Source: Mytilus californianus (Eukaryota). From it: a stretch of DNA of 64,000 nucleotides. A model generated the notes under the pieces. That model was not told the DNA's origin, did not search any database, and saw nothing but the letters and a program-made list of their open reading frames with translations. This document shows, one piece after another, positions 13,070 through 25,700 of the stretch; position 1 is the stretch's first letter, and every line of letters begins with the position of its first letter. The stretch lies in assembly GCF_021869535.1 (NCBI RefSeq), contig NW_026262659.1:7936001-8000000 (forward strand), in the 5' to 3' direction. Made by a program: the position numbers and the translations under genes.

Positions 13070-13280
13070 GAGGGTGTGGATGGGGGTTTACAGAATAGAG
13101 AATAATCGGGGGAAAACATATAAAGAATAGAGAAAATGGACCATAAAAATATAGAATAGAGAATAATGAGATGCTAAAATATAATGAATAGAGAATAATG
13201 GGCAAAAAGTATAAAGAATAGAGAAAAATGGCCTTAAAAATAAAGAATACAGATTTGAAGGACTCCCCATCCAGACCCTC
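13070..13280. mobile_element. Short TIR element with internal aatagagaata repeats
   Basis: agggtgtggatggggg ... ccccatccagaccct imperfect inverted ends. Confidence 0.6.
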
Positions 13281-13609
13281 CTTTATTGTAATAAAATATC
13301 CTTCCTTTCTTCCTTCCAGTAAGCAATTTTCAAAATATGTCTGTTTAGCTGACTCTATCGTTTACCATTTGCATACCTGCCGAAAAAATCCTTCAAGTTG
13401 TTGGGGTTTGTCACTGACGTGATGATAGACGGTAAAAATGTCTAAAGAAGATTTTCGAACGCGTTTTTTGAATGGTAACCTGTGACTATATTTAGAACGC
13501 ACTAAAAAAAAACTGTCTGTGTCCTCAGAGTGCTTGATGAAACCTAACTTTTCGTTTTATACAAAAATAATTTATGACATTGAAAAGAGGGAATTGAATT
13601 TGGGAAAGG

Positions 13610-13740
13610 ATGGAATTAGTTTATACGGTAGACTGTGATGTTCCTGGCGGAGAGCAAGATTGGATATCAGAGAAAAAGACATGCTGTTCTTTATCACCCC
13701 AAAACTTTTTGGCCTTTTCGACCGAGTTAACTGTGAATAG
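13610..13740 (+). CDS. MED16: MED16 coding exon 1
   Basis: MELVYTVDCDVPGGEQDWISEKKTCCSLSPQNFLAFSTELTVN, ending AG|gtgaga in phase 2 that matches exon 2; resembles the MDLAYV...NLIAFT N-terminus of MED16. Confidence 0.85.
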
Positions 13741-16700
13741 GTGAGATTCTTATAAAAAGATTTTCATATACTGAAACAAAAAAGACATTTACTTTTTATA
13801 TATTTTGGTCCTGTCATGCCTTAAAACTTGCATCAAATCTCTTGTATTATCCTGTTATCATCCACAGAACAAGAAAGCAAAAAGCTATCATCTTTAAAGA
13901 TACAATACATGATCGCATATTAAAATCAACAGACAAAGCAATGGTGTTACCAATTCTAACAATCTAACATGGAAGTTGCACAGAAATAACTTTACAAATA
14001 AAGCAAATGCATCTAATCTAATTTATCTTTAAACCCTTTGTAGAGGAACCATGTTTTCAAATGTAGAACAGGTGCTCTCTTTATATACAGCATCACTATT
14101 GACACTAAGATTTATTAAACATGTTAAAAGAAACAAAAAAACCAACAGCATAAAAACTAAAGAACTTGCTTGCAAAACATATGTCAGACCAACAGTCTGG
14201 GACCCTTGGCAGAAACAACAAATACATTAAATCGAAACGATCCAGAGAAGAGCTGCCAGGTATACATTAAATCAATACAGCTACATTTTGTACCCAAGTA
14301 GTGTATCATGCTTGAACATCTAAGCTGGCTAGCATTACAACAAAGATGAAATCTTGCATCAGTCACCATGCTCTACAAAATCCAACATCAATTAGTTTCC
14401 ATCCCAAACAAGCAATACTAAGTACCATCAAAAGAACATATATTTGTACAGCCATTCTCTCCCAAAAATTACCATTTATGTTATTTTTTTCCGGCATTAT
14501 GTAGGACAATAAGGTTATGGAATTCCTTACCAAACCAGGTAGCCAGTAGCCCAGACATAAAAGCATGGTCTGGTGTAAAATCCTGTATATATTGAGAGAA
14601 CAAATAAATGTTTTTATCTACATGTATCAGTCAAGGGTATAACTTGAACAAGTTATTACAGAAAATAACAGGCATACTGATATTGTGGGAAGTCTGACAG
14701 AGAAAGATTTATCTCCTCCTGTCATGAATTGTGTTGAAATAACACATGTCTGCTCTTGTACAAAGAAAAATACGCCTTTCAGTTATCACAGACATTTTTC
14801 GTTGGGAGAAACACAAATTGGCTCTGATACTATCAAATTTACTGCTGTTTTTGTTGTGTTGTTAATATCTCCTGTGATTTTAACATGTTACATTATTATT
14901 TGCGCCATTTTCGGTCGAACAACGTAGGCACAGTGATTACCAGTTTGTTGATGATAACTTCTTCTTGAATAAATTTTTGTTAGCGGAATTGATTTAATAT
15001 TTTTACGTATTTGGGATTATTTTAGCAATTCGTCGATGATACCTTATGATTAAATGGTTATAAATCCATGTTGAAATCACTCGAGATCTTTACAACAAAA
15101 CAAACAGCAGTAAATTTGAAAGTATCTGACCTGAGTTGCGTTTCTCCCGTGATAATGTCTGTGATAACTAAAAGGCGTTATTACAGACATTTTTTCTTTG
15201 TACAATAACAAACATGTGTTAATTCAACACAATTCATGACAGGAGGAGATAACTCTGTCAGAATTCCCACAATAACAGTATGTCTGATATTTTCTGTAAT
15301 AACTTGTTTAAGTGTACAAAACACCTCCGCAAAATTAATAACAAGAAAAAAGAAAAATGAACTTGTTAGTCCAATTTTAAAATCTGTTCATTGGCTGCCA
15401 ATAACATTTCGTTGCAAATACAAAGTGTTGCTTTATGTGTTTAAAGCTCTGAAACAGGAAGCACCTGTGTACCTTCAAGAACTAGTTAACATTTACAAGC
15501 CAACAAGAACTCTTCGGTCAGAAAACAACATGCTTCTAGTCAAACCAACAGTTAGAACAAAAACAAACGGAGAGAGACGGTTTGATAGAGCGGCCGCCGT
15601 TTTATGGAATGACTTGCCGAAAGAACTGCGAAACACGGAATCTGTGAATGCTTTCAAGAAAAACATGAAAACTTATTTATTCAGACAGGCTTTTCCACAT
15701 AATTAATAATTGGACGGTATTAGACTTTTATTCGATCTCAGTATATATTTTAATGTATCATACTTACTTTTATTGCATTTTTATTTCCCTTGCACTTTTT
15801 ATTTTTAGACATTTCTCATACTTACTTATCTTTTTATTGCATATTTATTTCCTTTACTCTTTTTATAGTTAGACATAAAGCTATTAGTCCAATTTCTAAA
15901 TTGAAGCTCTTCTGTTGTTTTTTTTTAATATATATTTTTTTTTACAGCTCTTCTATAAAAGCATGCAAAGCAAACCTTTGATCAACTTGCTTGCTATGTT
16001 TGCTTGGATGTTTGCAAACAATAGGTAGGCGGAGTTTCAGTCTGTTTTGTATATACTGGAATTTGATTAGACAATAAAAATTGACATGCAATGAAGTTAA
16101 TGTTTATTGTCCAATTAAATTCCAGTATATAGTAAACAGACTGAAATAGACTACCTACCTTTTGTTTACAAACATCCAAACAAACATAGCAAGCAAGTTG
16201 ATCAAAGGTTTGCTTTGCATGCTTTTATAGAAGAGCTGTAAATTTATTTATATTTTAAAATTATTTTTGATGAATAATTTTTAAAGGCAGTGCTTTAATG
16301 CCTTTCTAGTTGCCGGGTTAATCCTTCCTTCCGCGATATCCAACTTATCTACGTGGGGGGTCATTAGACTCCAAGTAGATCCGGAAATGTTGAATTCTCT
16401 CCTCTTCTTATTGCGATATAAAATGTTTTTTGTTTCATTTCATTTACATTGGGAAATAGAGAAACGATCATTGTGTTTTGTTAGTTTTAAAAACTTTTGA
16501 TATATTAGTATTTTGCATTATAAGCAGTCAACCGATTGACAAACTAGAATTATTTGAATTCCGTGTGGAAAGAGCTCGGGTTAATTTCGAGTGTTATCTG
16601 CAATCTAGATGTTTATAAATCATTTCAGTCGTTGATATAATAATTAAAGGTCGACTGAACATGAATTATATTATACAATTTAAAGCGCATTTCTGTTTAT

Positions 16701-19700
16701 GCACGTGAACCCGTCTAACGTTATTTTCGCAGTTATATAAAGTAGCAAATTATCGTTCCTGAATAGGTGGCGCCGTGGTAGCGGATCCTGTTCCTCTACT
16801 TCCGGTTTCTGCACTGCAACTATTTCAGTTATATTTTTAATTAACGATGCCAAGTACTTGTTGTTGTGTACCTGGATGTCATTTAAGAGGAGGACATGCA
16901 TTTCCAAATGACTTAAAAAGAAGGAAAAGTTGGATCAACGCCATGGCCCATACGCAGATTGGACGAGAACACGATGATATCGTGGAGTCCATCTCAATCA
17001 GCTGTTGTTTGCAAGGCACGTTTTACTGAAAAAGACTACGTGCAGGAAACTATTCATGGTAAAACTCTATTTTCCTTGTGAAATATATAGTTATATATGT
17101 AATCGCCATGCGAATAAACCAAAGTCTGTTTACAACCGCAATTATCGTTTTAGAATAAAAGGGGGTGGGTAATTCAAGACGTCATAATTTTTTGGATTAC
17201 GATTCAATGTGATCTGTTTGAGATTTTTTGGTGATTGCTACAATTATAATGATTTCTTACAAGAGGTATATCATACTGAGAATTATTTTAGCAGTAATTA
17301 TGCTAATGTAGTAATGACAGGAATGCATAAGCTATGCCTCATAGACTTTCTTGAAAAATATCAATGACAATGTTAACAGGAACAAAACAATGACATGCTC
17401 TCATCTATATTATAGTTATTTAGGTACAAACAATGTACGTTTGTTGCATAAGTCTCTCATTGTTTGTCCTTTGGATTGACATAACATACATTGAATCAGG
17501 CAAACATAGTTTTATCCAGATTGTAATGAATAAATCTAGTTAATATTTCGCCAGGTAGTACAAAGTATACATTGCTAATGGAATTTCATTTAATTATAAA
17601 AAAAACTAATGTTTTATAACCTTTTTCAGGGCGCAAACCCACCATACAGAGACTTAAGTCTACTGCAATTCCCAGCCTATTTTCCTGGACCAAGCAAGAG
17701 ACTGAATCGTCCACAAAAAGAAAAATCAGGGCAGTTTCCTGTGAAAACAAAAGAACTAAACTTGATGAATATTGTAGTAGAAATCTAGAGGAAAGTTTTG
17801 ATTGTAAAGTTGGTTTTCCTGAAGAAGTCATTCATACTGCAGAAAGGATTTATGACTGTCCACCACCAACTGCCGAGCTAATGTTGAGCTTCACAGATGG
17901 AATTACGCAAACACCATCAATGCCTATGTTTTCAGCAGAGAATTTTGAAATGAAGACACGTGACACAGCCATGCATTTTTATACCGGTTTAGAGTTGTAT
18001 ACTAAATTTTTATTTGTTTTGACCACACTTGGTCCAGCAGCACATTGTTTGAGATACATATATTTTCAAATTGATAGGGTGTCAGTTGAAAATCAGTTTT
18101 TTTATGACTTTGATGAAATTGAGGCATCATACAACCAACTTTGAACTGTCTAGATTCTAGATTGAATCTAGTGTTAAGAATATTGTGTATACATGGATTG
18201 TTTTTATGTCTAAACAGTGGTGTGAGGCTAACACTTGGCCATCTAGTGGTTTAGTCAGGTATTTTTCACCATCCAACTTCAAATTAAAGTTTCCTACGAC
18301 TTGGATTATTATTGACAGCACAGAATATCCCGTGATAAAACCTAAAGCTCCTAGAGCTCAGGCAACCTTTTCATCAAATAAAAACAGAAACACTGAAAAT
18401 TCTTGAATGTTCGACACCTGGTGGTTTAGTCAACTATGTCTCTATGTCACATAGAGCGAATTATTGGACTTGGCAAAACATACAAAATTCTAATAAATCC
18501 TATGAATGGAACTGAAACAAAACTTTCATCTGAAATAACATTTAGTTGTTTTATGTTGTGTAATTTTAGAACTTGTATTGTGACGCAATGAATTTTGTTC
18601 TGATATATATATATTTACAATTACATGCACATGTAAATTGTAATGCATATAAAAATAAGGAGATGTGGTATGATATTCAGTGAGTTTATCAAACTAAAGT
18701 GCATAAGAAATGGGTTTAAGCAGTTACAGGTGTTACTGTCACCGTACAATCTCCAACAATGAGAAAAACTCGTACCCTGTAAAAAATTTCAGAGATCTTA
18801 CAACTAAGTTTTGTTGTCTCACCTTGACTTTGGTGAATTTTTTATATCTGTTGATGTAAATATAAAAAAGAAGATGTGGTATGATTGCCAATGAGACAAC
18901 TCTCCACACATGCACAAGAGACCAAATGACACAGAAATTAACAGCTATAGGTCACAGTACGGCCTTCAACAATGAGCAAAGCCCATACCGCACAGTCAGC
19001 TATAAAAGGCCCAGAAATGACTGTAAAACAATTCAAACAAGAAAACTAACGGCCTATTTTATGTAAAAAAATGAACAAATATAACAAATATGCAACACAT
19101 AAACAAACGACAACCTCTGAATTACACTTTTATAGGCTCCTGACTTGGGACAGGCACATACATGTACAAACAGAATGTGGCGGGCTTAAACATGTTAGCG
19201 GGATCCCAACCCTCCCCTAACCTGGGACAGTGGTGTAACAGTACAATATAAGAAAGAACTATAAAAATCAGTTGAAAGAGGCTAAACTCATCAGATGGAT
19301 AAATACAAATACAAGTGGACGTGGTCGGGTAGTTGTACATCCAAACAACAAAAAGACACTAAGTACAAATCTGAGAGTACTCGCAGTTACTGACAGCTAG
19401 TTCAAAGCCACTAACAACTGATAAAAAAATCTTGCATCTAAGACTAAATAATCAATCCGTAAGCTCCCTTTAGAATTTTATAAATTTTAGATTTTACATT
19501 TCTGAGTTATGGGGTTTTATTCATTAAAAAAGGGGGGATTTTCCAGTCTTTGGACAACAACTCAAAAATGCTTTAAGCAGTTCACATGAAACCGTGGTGA
19601 ATTATTTATAGCTATTGATGTAATCTCCCTATTGATTTTCATCAATTTCAAATATGACATTGAGAAGAAATTGAACTTTATTTGTTTATAGTCTGGCAAC

Positions 19701-22700
19701 AGATTTATTAAGTATTGCACAACAGCACAGTGTATTGCACAACAGCAAGAAATCTTTAATTGAATATAAATTCAATTCATATAACCGATTTCAAGTTCAT
19801 TGACTACATTTATTCAGAAACTATAATATGTCAAATATTTAATTACAATCCAAATTCAGACCTGTATCAAGCTTGAATATTGTGTCCATTTTTGCCCCAG
19901 CTGTTCAGGGTAGTACCTCTGCGGGTGTATCCAGCTCTGCTCAGCGAATCAGTTTATTTCTTAATTAAGAACTCCTTTTTATACGACCGCAAAAAAATTT
20001 TTGTGGTCGTATATTGGTATGACGTTGGCGTCGTCGTCGTCGTCCGAAGACACATTAGTTTTCGCACTCTAACTTTAGTTTAAGTGAATGGATCTCAATG
20101 AAATTTTAAAATAAGGTTCAATACCACAAAAGGAAAGTGGGGATTGATTTTGGGGGTTATGGTACCAACAGTTAAGGAATTAGGGGCCAAAAATAAGCAT
20201 TTTTGTAACTTCCAGACATAACTTGTGTGTAAGTGTATGGATCTCTCTGACATTGTACCACAAGGTTCCATATCACAAAGGGAATGCTGGGATTGATTTT
20301 TGGGGGTAATTGCCTCCAAATTTTAGGAATTAGGGGCCAAAAAGGGGCAAAAAACAAGCATTTTTCTAGTTTCATGACAATAACTTGTGTGCAAGTCTAT
20401 GGATCTCTCTGACATTGTATCACAAGGTTCCATATCACAAAGGGAATGCTGGGATTGAATTTGGGGGTAATTGCCTCCAAATTTTAGGAATTAGGGGCCA
20501 AAAAGGGGCACAAAACAAGCATTTTTCTAGTTTCATGGCAATAACTTGTGTGTAAGTGTATGGATCTTTCTGAAATTGTACTACAAGGTTCCATATCACA
20601 AAGGGAAAGCTGGAATTGAGTTTGGGGGTAATTGCCCAAAAAGTTTAGGAATAAGGGGCCAAAAATAAGCATTTTTCTAGTTTCCAGACAATAACTTGTG
20701 TTCAAGTGTATGGATCTCTCTGAAATTGTACTGCAAGGTACCATACCACAAAGGGAATGCTGAGATTGATTTTGGGGGTAATTGCCTCCAAATTTTAGGA
20801 ATACGGGGCCAAAAAGGGGCAAAAAACAAGCATTTTTCTAGTTTCATGACAATAACTTGTGTGTAAGTCTATGGATCTCTCTGACATTGTATCACATGGT
20901 TCCATATCACAAAGGGAATGCTGGGATTGATTTTGGGGTAATTGCCTCCAAATTTTAGGAATTAGGGGCCAAAAAGGGGCAAAAAACAAGCATTTTTCTA
21001 GTTTCATGGCAATAACTTGTGTGTAAGTGTATGGATCTTTATCAAATTGTACTACAAGGTTCCATATCACAAAGGGAAAGCTGGGTTTGAGTTTGGGGGT
21101 AATTGCCCTAAACGTTTAGGAATTTGGGACCAAAAAGGGGCCAAAAAACAAGCATTTTTCTAGTTTCCAGACAATAACTTGTGTTTAAGTGTATGGATAT
21201 CTCTGAAATTGTACTGCAAGGTACCATACCACAAAGGGAAGGCTGGGATTGAGTTTTGGGGTGATGAATCATAAGGGGGTTCAAAAAATTTGGGGGGGGG
21301 GATTCTTTTTCCTTTTTTTTCTTTAAAATTTTCCATTTTAAATTGGTTATTTCTGATTTATATATAAAAGCAAATAATAATGATATGGTTTGAATAGGTA
21401 AATTAAATTTTTTTAAGTATCTTAGACCACTTTCATTCTGTGTCAGAAACCTATGCTGTGTCAAATATTTAATTACAATCCAAATTCAGTGCTGAATCAA
21501 GCTTGAATGTTGTGTTCATACTTGCCCCAACTGTTCAGGGTTCGACCTCTGCGGTCGTATCAAGCTGCGCCCCAGCGGAGCATTTTATTTCATTCATAAA
21601 TTACTTTATGCTTGGAAATATAATTTTGCTTGGAGTTGAAAGAGTTGACATGTTGCAATGTACATTTACTCTACATAGTTCTATGGTACCAAATCAAAAG
21701 TTTATATAAAGAAAGAAGTCAAAGGTTTCCCATCATAGTTTAGTTACATACATTTTTTTTGTACCTGAGGTCGTTGAATATAGATCATTATATAAATAAG
21801 GAGATGTGTTATGATTGCCAATGAAAAAACTAAGGATTTTCTTATCCAAGGAATAGATTACCTTAGCCGTATTTGGCACAACTTTTTGTAATTTTGGGTC
21901 CTCAATGCTCTTCAACTTTGTACTTGTTTGGCTTTGTTACTATTTTGATCTGAACGTCACTGATGAGTCTTTATGTAGACGAAACACACGTCTGGCGTAT
22001 TAAATTATAATCCTGGTACCTTTGATAACTAATTTGACTATAAACATAGATAAAAAAGGTACAAACTGGACACAATGCACTAGTTCATAAACAAGTGAGA
22101 ACAATCGCCTTCATATAGTGCTCAGAATATGACATTCATAAAACTTATTCAATATCATTAGAGAACTCTAAATCTTAAATACTGAAAGCCACCTGTACTA
22201 TGTAAGATAATGATATAACTGGACTTAAAATACACACAACCTGTAATTAACTGCCTTTACAGCGCTTTCGTGCTTTGATTAATTTTCCTATATTGAGTTG
22301 TATTTTTTACGGTTTCTATTATGATTCTATCGCAACATTGACACATAAATTTTGTTTATATATATATATATATGTACTTGTATCGTTGATTTATTTTTTT
22401 ATGCACTGTAAAGCGCTTAGAGTAATTGTTTATTTAGATAAGCGCTATATAAGCACTGTAAATAATAATAATAATAATAAAAAGTTATACCCTTGACTGT
22501 CTATATATACATAAAAAAATGTTTTTGAAATTTATTGTAAATGCATGTATGTTCAGATTTTTTATTAGGCAGTTAAGCTGCCTTATGCGAGCACCCTAGA
22601 TTTGTGTTCTACCCAACAAATGCTGAAATATGTGCCATTGTTATTATCCAGCTGGCTATTATGTTATTTATAACTAATTGGACATTTTTTTAATACTTTT

Positions 22701-25700
22701 ATTTCTGGAATACAAAAAATAAGACCAGAAAAACCTTAAATGATCGTCGAACTACCCAAAACTTTTGAAGTTGCACATAGGAAGTAGTGCTCAATAGAAA
22801 TCGGTACATAGTTTATTATCCCCTGTGCTTTTGGCTACGATGTCAAAGAACAATTGTATGAAATATTTCGTCGCCGAAAATCGGTAATTACAAGTTGTTT
22901 ATATTTCCCATATGGCAAAATGCGTAGGAATATTGTTCATGTACAACAAATCTCTATGATAGAGGAAATAAAGTTATATAAGTGGGCGGTAATTTTTAAC
23001 TTATCTTGCCAAATAAAGTTGTTGTTATTTTATGAATGAAACGAGGTCATGAAACAGATGCGGAAATCGACGTTAATGGGATGTTTTAAGTAATGTGGAC
23101 AACTCGTCCCCGAGACAAGTCGGACCGAATCCACTCAAACCGTCTAAGAAGACAACTTTGACCGTTTGTCAGATTTACTTAGGGTTTCATAAAATATTAG
23201 ACTAACATGTCTAGCGGAGCCATTAATCTTTTGTTTGTGCATTGGGGTCTATTTAGGGGTATTTGGAGGGGCCTGAAGAAGGGAGGGGTTTACTATAGAA
23301 CCCTGTGGGATTTTATTTTTTTAAATTTTCAAATGACTATTTCTAGAAAACAGTAAGTGATAGACACATGCAGTCTTCAGTAATGAGAACAGGACAATAA
23401 AAAAAAATCAACCAAAATATAGGGCGAGTCCCTGGGGGTCATTCCAACCCCCTTCAATTTGAAAATGTACTTTTATCTTGTAAACCGTCGCGATCCCCAC
23501 CCCTAAACAATATATATACTTGTATGGGTCAATAAAAGAAATCAAATGAAAATAATTTAGGGGAGTCCTCGGTGTCGTCCCACCCCTCCTGTTTGAGAAC
23601 TTGGAAATGGTCGAGATCCCCACCCCTAAACCATATATATTCATGTATGGGACAATAAAACAAATCTAATGAAGTATAGGGTGAGTCCCTGGGGTAACCC
23701 CACCCCCTCCTGTTTGAGAACTTGTAAACGGTCGAGATCCCCACCCCTAAACCATATATATTCATGTATGGGACAATATAACAAATCAAATGAAATATAT
23801 GGGGAGTCCCTGGGGTCACCCCAACCCCTCCTGTTTTAGAACTTGGAAATGGTTGAGATCCCCACCCCTTAACCATATACATTCATGTATGGGACAATAA
23901 AACAAATCAAATGAAACATTGGGGGAGTCCCTGAGGACACCCCACCCCCTCCTGTTTGAGAACTTGTAAACAGTCAAGATCCCCACCCCTAAACCATTTA
24001 TATTCATGTATGGGACAGTATAACAAATCAAATGAAATATATGGGGAGTTCCTCGGGTCACCCCACCCCCTCCTGTTTGAGAACTTGGAAATGGTCGAGA
24101 TCCCCATCCCTAAACCATATATATTCATGTATGGGACAATAAAACAAATCAAATGAAATATAGGTGAAGTCCATGGGGACACCCCACCCCCTCTTGTTTG
24201 AGAACTTGTAAACAGTCAAGATCCCCACCCCCAAACCATATATATTCATGTATGGGACAATATAACAAATCCCTGGGGGTCACCCCACCCCCTCCTGTTT
24301 GAGAACTTGGAAATGGTTGAGATCCCCACCCCTTAACCATATGTATTCATGTATGGGACAATAGAACAGATCAAATGAAAATAGTTTGGGGGAGTCCATA
24401 GGTGTCGTTCCACCCTTCCTGTTTGAGAACTTGGAAACGGTCGAGATCCCCACCCCTTTACCATATATATTCATGTATGGGACAATAAAACAAATCAAAT
24501 GAAGTATAGGGGGAGTCCCTAAGGTCACCCCACCCCCTCCTGTTTGAGAACTTGTAAACGGTTGAGATCCCCACCCCTAAACCATATACTATCATGTATG
24601 GGACAATAAAACAAATCAAATGAAATATAGGGGGAGTCCCTGGGGACACCCCACCCCCTCCTGTTTGAGAACTTGGAAATGGTCGAGATCCCCACCCCTA
24701 AACCATATATATTCATGTATGGGACAATAAAACAAATCAAATGAAATATAGGGGAGTCCCTGGGGACACCCAACCACCTCATGTTTGAGAACTTGTAAAC
24801 AGTCAAGATCCCCACACCTAAACCATATATATTCATGTATGGGACAATATAACAAATCAAATGAAATATTTGGGGAGTCCCTGGGGTCATCCCACCCCCT
24901 CCTGTTTGAGAACTTGGAAATGGTCGAGATCCCCACCCCTAAACCATATGTATTCATGTATGGGACAATATAACAAATCAAATGAAATATAGGGGGAGTC
25001 CCTGGGGTCACCCCACCCCCTCCTGTTTGATAACTTATAAACGGTCGAGATACCCACACCTAAACCATATTTATTCCTGTTCATCATTTCAAAAAGATTT
25101 GAATGACATACAGGGTCAATCTCCTAGGTGTCACATATGCATATCACTTTACTAGACCAAACCAATATGAACTGGACTTTGCCCAATGTCAGGAGACCAT
25201 GGGAATGATGAATTATGGGGGCTTTGTTTGGGAGACTTCGTAACGACATCCTGTTACAATTATTTCTTGTTTATAATAAAATTTTATTGATGCAAAAAAT
25301 GAGTCTAGGTTAATTGAATTTACTTTAATTATTAATTAAATATTTCTGGGCCTATAATAATTTTCATTTATGGCTCATTTTAAAGAAAACATATAAATCT
25401 TTCAAGCAGTGTAAAGCTCGAGAATGTTTGACCAACTGTTTTATAATCACCTGTCATTTCATTCCAAACTTGGTATGGAGTAACATCATGCACTTGGGGG
25501 TGAAGATGGGGGTCATTTACATTGAGATATGAGTTGCTTTTGAAAACCTTGATGAAATATTAATTATTTGCCTTAATAATCAATTCATTTAATGAACATA
25601 AATGTACAATATATGAATGTTTAATGTTTGTTCTTTCAAATCTTAAAAAAAAAAATTGAAGCAACACTGCCACAGTTTTCATAATTACGTTTGCCTTTGT

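Noticed and set aside
19260-19300. Minus-strand CTGATGA in the dispersed repeat
   Set aside because: No GAAA core at a suitable distance.
20095-25087. Many ORFs of 60-147 aa in the track, including those at 46671-47495
   Set aside because: They are translations of satellite monomers in several frames, with no splice or homology support.
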